Source: Bacteroidota bacterium
GTDB lineage: Bacteria > Bacteroidota > Bacteroidia > M30B66
Assembly (NCBI GenBank): GCA_947460255.1
Contig: CANHIS010000005.1
Span: forward strand, 6,884 to 70,883
Reading direction: 5' to 3'
DNA length: 64,000 bases
Shown here one piece after another: positions 11,225-20,815 of this stretch. The notes beneath the pieces are model-generated. The model was given only the letters and a program-made list of their open reading frames with translations. It made no database searches and had not been told where the DNA came from. The translations under genes were made by a program, and so were the position numbers. Position 1 is the first letter of the stretch, and every line of letters starts with the position of its first letter.

Positions 11225-11655
11225 CAAAAATATACACTTCTCCTTACTATTTAACTTTTGAAGAGGATAAGATTTGTTCGCAGATTTAGATCGCTCTCTA
11301 AGTGCGCCATAGACACAATCAAAATTATAGTGTGAAACCGAATGAAAATTCTCGATATCTTGGAAGAACCTTTAACCTAATCGGAATTTACGCGCGAACG
11401 GGACAGACGAGTAGCCTTTTTCGGAGAGTGAAGAGTTCATATCGCAACCTCGGACTTTAGTCCGAGGCTAAAGCAGATGAAGTGACCCAGAATGGCGCGC
11501 GCTGAATATTTCAATAGTCTTTTATATTTGGTCTTTGTGATTGGCTGTATTGCGGTCTAATATGCTGCTCAAAATGAGAAACTGAACATCTCTCCTCTAA
11601 ATTGCACATTGACCTCAAAATCCATTACTTTGCGGGCGATAAACCAAAATCATCC

Positions 11656-14487
11656 ATGAATCGAATTTCCAAAATAATGAGCCTACTTATGGCTTTGCTT
11701 GCATTTCCGGCTTTTGCTCAGTATAAACTGGTCGAAAAGGTGGAGAAAAAAGGAGATGAAATTGTCATCCCTTACGTGAAATACCAACTCCCAAATGGCT
11801 TGACCGTGCTGGTACACAGCGATAAATCAGACCCAATCGTTCACGTGGATGTTACTTACCACGTAGGTTCTGCCCGCGAGGAACCAGGCCGTTCAGGGTT
11901 TGCACACTTCTTCGAACACATGATGTTTCAAGGCTCCGACAATGTTGCCGACGAAGAACACTTCAGTATCGTAACCGAATCGGGTGGTACGCTAAATGGT
12001 ACAACCAACCTCGACCGTACAAACTACTTCGAAACCGTTCCATCTAACCAACTCGAAACTGCCTTGTGGCTTGAAGCTGATCGCATGGGGTTCTTGTTGG
12101 ATGCTGTAACACAACAAAAATTCGAAATCCAACGCTCAACCGTAAAAAATGAGCGCGGGCAGAATTACGATAACCGTCCTTACGGATTGGTAAACGAAAA
12201 AACCATCGAAGCGCTTTACCCTGCTGGTCACCCGTATTCTTGGCCAACTATCGGTTACCTTGTTGATCTCGATCGCGTTGGTGTAGAAGACCTTAAAAGA
12301 TTCTTCCTTCGTTGGTACGGACCAAACAACGCTGTTTTAACCGTTGCCGGGGATGTAGATCCTGAGCAAGTAGTGAAATTGGCTGAGAAGTATTTTGGCA
12401 GCATCCCAAGAGGGCCTGAGGTTACGCCTGCTCCGAAAATGCCAGTAACGCTCGACAAAGACCGCTACGTTTCGTACGAAGACAACATCCGTTTCCCAAT
12501 GATTCAGATGACCTATCCGGGCGTTTCTTCAGGGCACCCCGATGAAATTCCACTGGATCTTTTGGCAGAAATTATCGGTGGCGACAATACCTCTATCCTG
12601 TACCAGGATATGATGAAGACCAACTTGGCAGTGCAAGCTAGAGCTTACAATCCTGCAACAGAATTGGCTGGAACTTTCGTGGTAAACGTTCTTCCTTACC
12701 CTGGGAAAACCTTAGCCGATGTGGAGAAAATGATCCGTGAAGCATTCGTAAAATTCGAAGCACGTGGTGTAACTGCCGATGATCTGATCAAATTCAAAAA
12801 TACCCGTGAAGCTGGTATGATTGAAGAATTGAGCAGCGTATCGGGCAAGGCTTCTAAATTGGCTTCTTACTACACTTTCTTCAGCAACCCTAACAGAATC
12901 GGGAAAGACCTTGAAGATGTGAGAAAAGTAACTGCAGATGACGTAATCAGAGTATACAACACCTACATCAAGAATAAATTCTGTGTTGTAACAAGCGTGT
13001 ATCCAAAAGGCCAGAAGGATCTCATTGCTAAAGAAGACAACTACACCCCGAAAAAATCATACGAATTGGGTGGTGCCGAAAGCGATCAATACAAAAACCT
13101 TAAATACAACAAGGCGAAAGACACCTTCGATCGTAGCAAACGTCCAGCTGCTGGGGCAAATCCAGTAGTGAACGTTCCTGCATTTTGGAAAGAAAATTTC
13201 ACAAACGGAATGAAGATTATCGGCACCGAAGATTTCGATTTGCCAATGTTCTCTTTCGTGTTGAGTTTCCCTGCCGGTCAGATAGCAGAAAATCCTGCAA
13301 AAGCTGGTGTGTCAACGCTTCTATCAAGCTTGATGAATGAAAGCACAACGGGTTATTCTGCCGAAGCCATGACAGAAGCACTCGGAAAGCTTGGTTCAAG
13401 TATCAGTGTTTCATCAGACCGCGAATACTTCTATTTCAACGTTTCTGGATTAAAGAAAAACCTTGATCAAACCTTGAAACTTTTCGAAGAGCGCTTGTTC
13501 AAACCGAAGTTCGACGAAGAAGAATTCAATACCAACAAAACACAACAATTAGCAGCCATTGCGAACAGTGCTACACGTGCAACTGCAATTGCCGATAACG
13601 TATACAACAAATTGCTTTACGGTAACCACATCTTTGGCTTGCCTCAATATGGAACCAAACAAACTGTTGAAGCCATTACTTTAGAAGACCTTAAAGCATT
13701 TTACAATACCTACATCAAACCAGGCAAAGCTAAATTGGTAATTGTAGGTGCAGTAAAGCAACCAGAAATTCTAGGTAAAATCGGTTTCTTGAAAGCATGG
13801 GCCGACCAACCTTACGAAGAAATGGGAGCAGTTTCATTCCCTGAAGTTTCTGCAACCAAAATCTACTTCGTAAACAAAGAGAAAGCACCGCAATCGGAAA
13901 TCCGAATTGGTTACTTGGCAATGCCTTTCGATGCTGATGGAGAATACTTCCGCAGCAATGTAATGAACTATGCATTGGGTGGAAATTTCAACAGCCGCAT
14001 CAACCTCACACTTCGTGAGAAAAAAGGCTACACCTACGGCGCTCGTGCAGGTTACAACGGATCAAAAATCAAAGGTCCATTTACTGCTTCTGCAGGTGTA
14101 AAGGCCGAAAAAACCGACAGTTCATTGATGGACTTCTTCAGCGAAATCAAGAATTTCCGCGATGCGGGAACTACTGAAGCTGAGTTGGCATTTACGAAAT
14201 CATCACTAGGTCAGCGCGATGCTTTGAAGTACGAAACACCTTTCCAAAAAGCATCATTCCTTCAGCGTTTATTGGAGTACAACTTGGAGCGTGATTACAC
14301 AGCGAAGCAAGTGAAAATCCTCAATGCACTAACTGTAAACGACATCAACGGATTGGCAAAACGTCATCTTCCATTGGAGAAAATGATTGTAGTGGTTGTG
14401 GGTGACAAAGCCACCAATTTCGATAAGGTAAAAGCCTTAGGCTACGAAGTGATTGAATTGGATGCAGATGGCGTTCCAGTGAAATAA
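11656..14487 (+). CDS. M16 family (pitrilysin/insulinase-like) zinc peptidase, two-module, secreted
   Basis: Inverted zinc motif HFFEHMMFQGS (HxxEH), signal peptide MNRISKIMSLLMALLAFPAFAQ, ~940 aa with duplicated M16 halves. The ORF track start (11602) is a TTG. The ATG is at 11656. Confidence 0.85.
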   Translation: MNRISKIMSLLMALLAFPAFAQYKLVEKVEKKGDEIVIPYVKYQLPNGLTVLVHSDKSDPIVHVDVTYHVGSAREEPGRSGFAHFFEHMMFQGSDNVADEEHFSIVTESGGTLNGTTNLDRTNYFETVPSNQLETALWLEADRMGFLLDAVTQQKFEIQRSTVKNERGQNYDNRPYGLVNEKTIEALYPAGHPYSWPTIGYLVDLDRVGVEDLKRFFLRWYGPNNAVLTVAGDVDPEQVVKLAEKYFGSIPRGPEVTPAPKMPVTLDKDRYVSYEDNIRFPMIQMTYPGVSSGHPDEIPLDLLAEIIGGDNTSILYQDMMKTNLAVQARAYNPATELAGTFVVNVLPYPGKTLADVEKMIREAFVKFEARGVTADDLIKFKNTREAGMIEELSSVSGKASKLASYYTFFSNPNRIGKDLEDVRKVTADDVIRVYNTYIKNKFCVVTSVYPKGQKDLIAKEDNYTPKKSYELGGAESDQYKNLKYNKAKDTFDRSKRPAAGANPVVNVPAFWKENFTNGMKIIGTEDFDLPMFSFVLSFPAGQIAENPAKAGVSTLLSSLMNESTTGYSAEAMTEALGKLGSSISVSSDREYFYFNVSGLKKNLDQTLKLFEERLFKPKFDEEEFNTNKTQQLAAIANSATRATAIADNVYNKLLYGNHIFGLPQYGTKQTVEAITLEDLKAFYNTYIKPGKAKLVIVGAVKQPEILGKIGFLKAWADQPYEEMGAVSFPEVSATKIYFVNKEKAPQSEIRIGYLAMPFDADGEYFRSNVMNYALGGNFNSRINLTLREKKGYTYGARAGYNGSKIKGPFTASAGVKAEKTDSSLMDFFSEIKNFRDAGTTEAELAFTKSSLGQRDALKYETPFQKASFLQRLLEYNLERDYTAKQVKILNALTVNDINGLAKRHLPLEKMIVVVVGDKATNFDKVKALGYEVIELDADGVPVK

Positions 14488-14508
14488 ACGAACATCAAGA
14501 AAGTCACG

Positions 14509-14543
14509 AAGCCGGCGGTCAGCAATGATCTCCGGCTTTTTTT
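14509..14543. terminator. intrinsic terminator between M16 peptidase (+) and murI (-)
   Basis: Stem AAGCCGG (14509-14515) pairs with CCGGCTT (14532-14538) across a 16-nt loop, followed by T7. The T-run overlaps the murI stop codon. Confidence 0.6.
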
Positions 14544-15354
14544 ATGGGTTCCAGATGTCGAGCTTCTTCAATTCAATCCCTGCAGGAAAGAAATACTTGG
14601 CACTACCGGCGAAAGAATCCGTTAAATCCGACACGTAGAAATCAAGTGTAGGATTTTCTTCCAAGCGGAGCAAGTTGTGCTCTTCGAGCTGATGTTTTAC
14701 GGCCTTCGCGACCATTTCAGCAGAATCGAAAACTGCTACTTTGCCTTTGTAATATTCTTCGATCTCCTTTCGGATGAGCGGATAATGGGTGCAACCTAGA
14801 ATGATGGCTTCAATATCTTGAATCGACTTCTTGCTTAAATAGGAATGGATGATGGTTTTTGAAATCTTGTTGTTAAAGAAGCCTTCTTCTATCATAGGCG
14901 CGAGAAGCGGTGTTGCCAAAGATGTGACTTCCGTTCCTGGCGATTTCTTCTTGATTTTCCGGGGATAAATTCCAGAAGAAACTGTGCCTCGCGTGGCAAT
15001 TACGCCCACTCGTTTATCTGGAAATTCACGGGCAATGGCTTCGGCAGCTGGATCGATTACATTGAGCACCAAGGCCTGTTTGCCAACGAGCGATGTTACG
15101 GCTTTGAAAGAATACGCAGAAGCCGTATTACAAGCGATTACAATCATCTTGCACTGCCGCTCGAGCAAATATTTCGCAATCCCAACACCATACGATTCAA
15201 CGAGCCCTGCCGATTTATCGCCATAGGGAAAATGTGCAGTGTCGCCGAAATAAATCAGATTCTCGTTGGGCAACAATTGATGGATTGCTCCAGCAACGGT
15301 TAATCCACCAATACCAGAGTCGAAAATACCGATTGCGTTGTTCGATGAAGCCAT
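14542..15354 (-). CDS. murI: glutamate racemase
   Basis: N-terminal IGIFDSGIGGLTV plus the conserved CNTA and GCTHYP motifs. 270 aa. Confidence 0.93.
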   Translation of the reverse strand: MASSNNAIGIFDSGIGGLTVAGAIHQLLPNENLIYFGDTAHFPYGDKSAGLVESYGVGIAKYLLERQCKMIVIACNTASAYSFKAVTSLVGKQALVLNVIDPAAEAIAREFPDKRVGVIATRGTVSSGIYPRKIKKKSPGTEVTSLATPLLAPMIEEGFFNNKISKTIIHSYLSKKSIQDIEAIILGCTHYPLIRKEIEEYYKGKVAVFDSAEMVAKAVKHQLEEHNLLRLEENPTLDFYVSDLTDSFAGSAKYFFPAGIELKKLDIWNP

Positions 15355-15362
15355 AGTGCAAG

Positions 15363-15393
15363 AATAAAAAAAGCACCCCGTTTCTGAGGTGCT
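15363..15393 (-). terminator. intrinsic terminator on minus strand downstream of skp/ompH genes, 11 nt upstream of murI ATG
   Basis: On the minus strand, GCACCTCAGAAACGGGGTGCT forms a hairpin (AGCACC/GGTGCT) followed by TTTTTTTATT. Confidence 0.6.
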
Positions 15394-15419
15394 TCTTGAA
15401 TAAATTATTTAACCGACAA

Positions 15420-15932
15420 CTATGGTAATTGAAGTTTCTTCTTTACCAATGCAATAAGGTTATCGCTTTCTTCCCAGTAAAGAACTGCTCCAACTGAAGT
15501 GTCTAGTACATATGTGTAACCATTTTCCTTTGCGACTTGCTCGATGGCTTTCTTCGCTTTGGTAATGATTGGCTCGATCAACTTTGATTCGTCTGCCTGA
15601 AGACTTTCTTGTGCTTGTTGTTGGAATGTTTGAATTCTTGTTGCAAGCCCATTGATTTTTTCTTCTGCATCCTTTTTTACTAATTCCGACATTGAAGGAC
15701 CTTGAGCTTGAAATTTTTCTTGTTCAGCGCGGTACTCCGTCATCATTTCTTGGAGATACTTTTCTGCTTGTTTGGTGATAGAATCCATTTTTGCAGCAGC
15801 CGTTTTACGTTCAGGCATAAGACTCAACAATTCTGCAGAGTTAATGTGACCGATTTTTGGGGCTTTCTGTGCAATGGCAGGTAAAATCAGCAATGAAGCC
15901 AATAGTGTTAAGAAAACTGGGATTTTGTTCAT
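15420..15932 (-). CDS. OmpH/Skp family periplasmic chaperone
   Basis: 170 aa with a signal peptide and a coiled-coil Lys/Glu/Gln-rich sequence typical of Skp/OmpH. It sits downstream of bamA, as in the canonical arrangement. Confidence 0.85.
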   Translation of the reverse strand: MNKIPVFLTLLASLLILPAIAQKAPKIGHINSAELLSLMPERKTAAAKMDSITKQAEKYLQEMMTEYRAEQEKFQAQGPSMSELVKKDAEEKINGLATRIQTFQQQAQESLQADESKLIEPIITKAKKAIEQVAKENGYTYVLDTSVGAVLYWEESDNLIALVKKKLQLP

Positions 15933-15952
15933 TGTGGTGTTATCAGTGGTTT

Positions 15953-16525
15953 TTATTTTTGGGGTGTGTCGGTGCCAGAACCTCCAGAGCCATCATCATC
16001 GGCCTTCTTTGCAGGTGTGTAACCCATTTCTTCCAAAACGGCATCGCTAATGTCAAACTTTGGATTGGTGTAAAGAATTGTTAGGTCGCTCGATTTATCG
16101 AAAACGGCCACATAATTCTTCGTTGTTGAAATATCTTTAATGGCATTGTAAACTTTGTCTTGAATCGGCTTAATGAGTTCTTGACGACGTTTTAATAAGT
16201 CGCCGCCTTTTCCAAAGCGCTGTTTTTGAAGCTCTTTGGCAGCCTTTTCTTTGTCGATGATTTCATCTTCACGCTTCTTCTTCATGTCGTCCGACAAAAG
16301 AATCGACTCCGCTTGAAAATCTTTGTACATTTTATCTATCTCGGCGAATTTCGCTTCAATTTCCTTTTGCCATTGAAGAGAGATACGATCAAGTTGTTGT
16401 TGTGCAGATTTGTATTCAGGTATATTCTCAAGAATATATTGAGAGTCTACAAAACCAAATTTCTGCGCCGATACACTCGCTGTAAATGCGAGGATTGCAA
16501 ATAAACCTATCAATAGTTTTTTCAT
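15953..16525 (-). CDS. OmpH/Skp family periplasmic chaperone (second copy)
   Basis: Signal peptide MKKLLIGLFAILAFTASVSAQ and a Skp-like coiled-coil body. Start taken at the ATG at 16525, the second Met of the track ORF. Confidence 0.85.
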   Translation of the reverse strand: MKKLLIGLFAILAFTASVSAQKFGFVDSQYILENIPEYKSAQQQLDRISLQWQKEIEAKFAEIDKMYKDFQAESILLSDDMKKKREDEIIDKEKAAKELQKQRFGKGGDLLKRRQELIKPIQDKVYNAIKDISTTKNYVAVFDKSSDLTILYTNPKFDISDAVLEEMGYTPAKKADDDGSGGSGTDTPQK

Positions 16526-16638
16526 AATCGGCTTTTCGGAGGCTGCAAAAGTAATCATTTTCGTATGTTTTTCTGAGCGGACTCAAAGATCATGCAAAAC
16601 AAGATATTTCGGTGCGCTGCGTAAAATTATCTTCCTAT

Positions 16639-19164
16639 CTAATTGAAATTCTGCCCAATAATAAAGTGGAATATCCCCTTCTGCATGTTTGGATATCCGG
16701 TTAATGTATCAAAGCGATATCCGTAATCTAATCCAAGCAAACCAAACATCGGTAAGAATACACGAACACCCACTCCGGCTGATCGCTTTAAATTGAATGG
16801 ATCAAAATCCCGGAAACTATTCCATGCATTCCCTCCTTCTAAGAATACATGTCCAAATACAGTCGCTGATGGATTTAGTGAAATCGGATATCTCAACTCC
16901 ATCGTTAGGCGGTTGTATATAGGAGCATCTCCTGCGTTTGCATTTCCAGTTTGATTTGAAATTGTTCCATCTTCATATCCTCGTAATCCAACGATTTCGG
17001 CACCGAGAAACTGAGCCCCCCAAGTCAAACCTGTTAAACCTGTTCCTCCAAAACGGAAGCGCTCAAATGGAGATGTACCTTTAGCCGCACTGTAGCTACC
17101 CAGGAAGCCGAAGTTCGCCCTGGTCATTAAGACCAATTTGTTGTTTTTGCTAAGTGGCGTGAACCACTGCGCATCGAATTTCCATTTGTGGAATTCAATC
17201 CATTTGTAACGCTGTTGATCGGTTACAAAATCGGCGGCAGTATTGTTGTTAATGATTGAATAAGGTGGCGTAAACTGTACAGTTAAACTGATAGTAGAAC
17301 CAGAGGCAGGATAAATTGGCTGATCTACAGAATTACGTGAGAAGGTCGTAGAAAAGCTCAAATTATTGGCAAATCCATTGGTAAATGAACCAAATGCCGA
17401 TGAATTCGCTAGTTCATAATATGAGTAATTGATAGAATGTTGGAGACTGAAAAAGTCATCTGGCCATCTCAAACGACGGCCAAAACCAACCACTAAACCC
17501 GTAGTTTTTGTAACACTTCTGCTAGGATCATCCTTGGCAGCGCCGTTTCCAAACACAGAATGAAAACCAGTAACTGTGAGGGAATTCGGCTTCCTTCCAC
17601 CTAACCAAGGTTCGGTAAACGATAAGTTATAACTCTGAAATGCACGACCAGTGGAAGATGCATTAATCGAAAGTCTTTGTCCGTCGCCAGAAGGAATTGG
17701 AGCCCATGCTCCTTTTTTGAAAAACTTCTTCGCGCTAAAATTATTAAATGCCAATCCAAGATTACCGATCAATCTTCCTGCACCCCAACCACCAGAAAGT
17801 TGAAGCTGATCGGAAGGTTTTTCTTCAACTCGGTATTCAATATCCACAGTGCCATCTTGAGGATTTGGCACTGGAGTTACACCCATTTTCTCGGGATCGA
17901 AATAACCTAATTGCGAAAGTTCACGTTGCGTACGAACAATATCCGATCTACGGAACAACTGCCCAGGACGCGTTCTTATTTCACGCATGATCACTTGTTC
18001 GTTCGTTTTGTCATTACCAACAATAGTTACCCGATTGATGATTGCTTGCTTCCCTTCATAAATCCGCATTTCAATATCAACTGAGTCTGTTCCAATGATG
18101 CGTTCCACTGGAGTAACTTGGAAAAACAAGTGACCATCGTTCATGTACAACGAAGTGATATCAGTTTCGGAGGCATTCATAAATAAATTCTGCTCCAATG
18201 CGGCTTGATTGTAGACCTCTCCGCGCTTAATTCCTAATCGATCGCCTAAGGACTTGGAGGTATATTTTATGTTACCTGTCCATGTAATATTTCGGAAAAA
18301 ATACTGATTGCCTTCGTCGATCTTAATTTCAATATTTAAATGTTTCTTGTCTACGCGGTAAACGGTATCCATTACAATACGAGCATCTTTGTAGCCTTTG
18401 TCATAATAAACGGCCAACACCTTATCAAGATCTTCTTCGTAACTGTCTTCCTTAAATTTTGACGTTGTAAAAACACTATACCAAGGGTTCTCTTTGGTAT
18501 TTTTCATCTTTCGTTTAAGCTTACCCGACTTAACCTGGTTGTTTCCAACAAAATGAATTTTATTGATTTTGATACGGCTTCCTTTATTGATATCGATCTT
18601 CAAGATTAACCCGCCACTAATTGCAGTATCTTCATAGGTTGTAACATCAACAACAGCATCGGGATAACCATTCTCGAGATAAAATTCCTTTACCGTGTTG
18701 CGGGATGTAACCAACAAGTTTTCACTAATCGTTTTTCCCGACATTAAATTCAGGGTTTCTCTCAATTCATCTGCATCCGACTTTTTTGCACCAACAATGC
18801 GGAATCTTGATAACCTGGGCTTTTCTTCAAGATTCACTTGAAGGAAAATTTTATCTCCATCAATCCGAGGTGCAGTAATTTCAACTCCCGAGAACAAGGA
18901 TTGCTTCCATAAAGCATTAATGGCTTTAGAAATCTGTTCTCCTGGGATCATGATTTTATCGCCTTCATTCAGGCCCGTAAGCATTTTCAAAATGGTATTG
19001 TCGAGTGTGCTTCCCGTCTTTGTTCGAAACTCAACCCCTGCAATAATGTACTCTTTGGGTTCTGCGAAGTTGATTTCATTGTCGTTGCCTCCCAGCACAA
19101 CCTGCCCTTGCACTGGAATAGCGAACAGCAATACACAAAAAAATAATTGTAAAATCTTATTCAT
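16639..19164 (-). CDS. bamA: outer membrane protein assembly factor BamA (Omp85)
   Basis: 841 aa with a signal peptide, multiple POTRA-like repeats, and a C-terminal beta-barrel ending in an aromatic residue (…IIGQNFN). The uppS-bamA-skp synteny supports the call. Confidence 0.93.
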   Translation of the reverse strand: MNKILQLFFCVLLFAIPVQGQVVLGGNDNEINFAEPKEYIIAGVEFRTKTGSTLDNTILKMLTGLNEGDKIMIPGEQISKAINALWKQSLFSGVEITAPRIDGDKIFLQVNLEEKPRLSRFRIVGAKKSDADELRETLNLMSGKTISENLLVTSRNTVKEFYLENGYPDAVVDVTTYEDTAISGGLILKIDINKGSRIKINKIHFVGNNQVKSGKLKRKMKNTKENPWYSVFTTSKFKEDSYEEDLDKVLAVYYDKGYKDARIVMDTVYRVDKKHLNIEIKIDEGNQYFFRNITWTGNIKYTSKSLGDRLGIKRGEVYNQAALEQNLFMNASETDITSLYMNDGHLFFQVTPVERIIGTDSVDIEMRIYEGKQAIINRVTIVGNDKTNEQVIMREIRTRPGQLFRRSDIVRTQRELSQLGYFDPEKMGVTPVPNPQDGTVDIEYRVEEKPSDQLQLSGGWGAGRLIGNLGLAFNNFSAKKFFKKGAWAPIPSGDGQRLSINASSTGRAFQSYNLSFTEPWLGGRKPNSLTVTGFHSVFGNGAAKDDPSRSVTKTTGLVVGFGRRLRWPDDFFSLQHSINYSYYELANSSAFGSFTNGFANNLSFSTTFSRNSVDQPIYPASGSTISLTVQFTPPYSIINNNTAADFVTDQQRYKWIEFHKWKFDAQWFTPLSKNNKLVLMTRANFGFLGSYSAAKGTSPFERFRFGGTGLTGLTWGAQFLGAEIVGLRGYEDGTISNQTGNANAGDAPIYNRLTMELRYPISLNPSATVFGHVFLEGGNAWNSFRDFDPFNLKRSAGVGVRVFLPMFGLLGLDYGYRFDTLTGYPNMQKGIFHFIIGQNFN

Positions 19165-19904
19165 CAGGCACTTAATTGTTCAGATGTTTTACCAAATCGT
19201 CTTTCTCTTCCTTGATAGCTTAAAATGGCTTCGTAAAGGTGCTCCTTTCTAAAGTCTGGCCACAAGACATCAGTAAAAAACAATTCAGCATAAGAGATTT
19301 GCCAAAGTAAAAAGTTACTAATCCGATGTTCGCCAGAGGTGCGAATAAGGAGTTCAGGATCAGGCATTCCTGCAGTATCAAGATATTGCGCAATTGTTGA
19401 TTCGGAAATTTCTTTCAATTTTCCTGATTGAACATCTGCAGAGATCTCTTTCACAGCTTTGGTAATTTCCCAGCGAGAACTATAACTCAATGCCAAAACT
19501 AGTGTCATTCTAGTGTTTCCAGCAGTGGTGTCAATTGCCTCTTTCAACTCACGCTGACACTTCGATGGCAAAGACAAAGTGTCGCCAATGGTTTGAAGCC
19601 TGATGTTATTTTTCATCAGCGTTTTTGTTTCACTCGCAATGGTTGAAACAAGCAACGACATTAGGGCATTAATTTCAAACTTAGGGCGATTCCAGTTTTC
19701 TGTTGAAAACGCATACAGAGTGAGATAGGAAACTCCTAGTTCTGCACAGGATTCAACAGTTTCACGAACAGCTTTCACGCCGCTTTCGTGTCCAAAAGTT
19801 CTAAGTTTACCTTTCATTTTCGCCCAGCGGCCATTTCCGTCCATGATAACGGCAATGTGCTTAGGTAAATTATCTAGGTTGATTTCTTCTTTTAATCCAG
19901 CCAT
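19164..19904 (-). CDS. uppS: isoprenyl transferase (undecaprenyl-diphosphate synthase)
   Basis: HIAVIMDGNGRWA and the …RTSGEHRISNFLLWQ…AELFFTDVLWPDF motifs. The stop overlaps the bamA start by 1 nt. Confidence 0.95.
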   Translation of the reverse strand: MAGLKEEINLDNLPKHIAVIMDGNGRWAKMKGKLRTFGHESGVKAVRETVESCAELGVSYLTLYAFSTENWNRPKFEINALMSLLVSTIASETKTLMKNNIRLQTIGDTLSLPSKCQRELKEAIDTTAGNTRMTLVLALSYSSRWEITKAVKEISADVQSGKLKEISESTIAQYLDTAGMPDPELLIRTSGEHRISNFLLWQISYAELFFTDVLWPDFRKEHLYEAILSYQGRERRFGKTSEQLSA

Positions 19905-19950
19905 TTATTCAATTACTTCAGGTATAGAAGCGACCGGCAAAGATAATTTA

Positions 19951-20784
19951 TTATTGATAGGCTGGGCAAACCGACGCCTTCCGACTGAGTTTATAACTCA
20001 ATGTTATTCCAGCGAACGAATACCAATCGTTGTTGCTTGGATTTCCTCTTTGTCGACCTGTGTTAATTTCTCCAGGATTTACTACTGCTCTATCTGCAAT
20101 TAACGCTGCTTGAACGCCATTGGTTGCGAAAAGAATATCAGGATCAACATAGGTTGTGCTTACATCATCCAAGTAATCGGTGAATGTTCTTCTTAGGCCC
20201 CATTCCATCGAAACAGCTAAGCGCCCAGTATGAAATTTAAATCCCATTCCGAATGGGAAAGTGGCATTGATGAGCGAATATTCTTTTCTGTCGGGAAATG
20301 CAGTTGAGCCTTGTCCTTCGGTACCTAATGGTTGAAGAGGTACCCAATCGCCTTGAAATTCTGCCTTAGGATTAAATCTGAACAAGGCAAAGCCTCCAAA
20401 CAGATAAGGTGTTGCGGGCCGATTAATATTTCCGACTTCGTAAGGAAAAAAATTGAATTCCAACATTGGAGAGAATTCAATTATCTGAGAGCGAAATGAT
20501 AGATTTCTTTGGATCTGAGCAGGCACTTGAGATCTAGAATCATCAGCTTGAATATGCCCGTAAATGGCACTCATTCGCCATGCCCAGCGTGCACTGTAAT
20601 TGTGTTTGAAAATCAAGCCGCCAGCAAACGATGGCATAAAAAAAGGCTGCCCTGGATTCAAATCTCCCATGTAATAGGAAACTCCTCCAAATAAACCGAT
20701 TTCGGAATATGTTTTAAATGCTTGACCGTTCGCAGAACGAATAGCAAGTATTAAAGAAATAAGGAGAATTGCTCTTCTCATCAT
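19951..20784 (-). CDS. outer-membrane beta-barrel protein, DUF6089-like (paralog A)
   Basis: Signal peptide, with Gly/aromatic-rich alternating beta-strands. It shares motifs (WxPLQPLGTEGQG, VSTTY, ITLSYKL) with the adjacent paralog. Confidence 0.6.
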   Translation of the reverse strand: MMRRAILLISLILAIRSANGQAFKTYSEIGLFGGVSYYMGDLNPGQPFFMPSFAGGLIFKHNYSARWAWRMSAIYGHIQADDSRSQVPAQIQRNLSFRSQIIEFSPMLEFNFFPYEVGNINRPATPYLFGGFALFRFNPKAEFQGDWVPLQPLGTEGQGSTAFPDRKEYSLINATFPFGMGFKFHTGRLAVSMEWGLRRTFTDYLDDVSTTYVDPDILFATNGVQAALIADRAVVNPGEINTGRQRGNPSNNDWYSFAGITLSYKLSRKASVCPAYQ

Positions 20785-20815
20785 AGGGAATTATACCCTG
20801 AATAACGCAGAATGG

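Noticed and set aside
11342-11380. 12-codon ORF ATGAAAATTCTCGATATCTTGGAAGAACCTTTAACCTAA upstream of M16 peptidase
   Set aside because: Too short to support, with no RBS or conservation evidence available. It could be a leader peptide, but nothing in the sequence argues for it beyond being open.
11385-11510. Possible SRP (4.5S) RNA or tRNA in the long intergenic region
   Set aside because: No GGAAGGAAGCAGC-type domain IV motif appears on either strand, and no T-loop GGTTCGAATCC-like sequence or cloverleaf. It is kept only as an unclassified structured element in findings.
11602-11655. TTG/GTG-extended N-termini in the ORF track (e.g. 11602, 2567, 26518, 32564, 57152, 40621, 31621, 36669, 47345)
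   Set aside because: The track translates TTG/GTG as Met. In each case a downstream ATG coincides with the start of the signal peptide or conserved N-terminus, or avoids overlap with a neighbouring gene, so the shorter ATG-initiated models were used.
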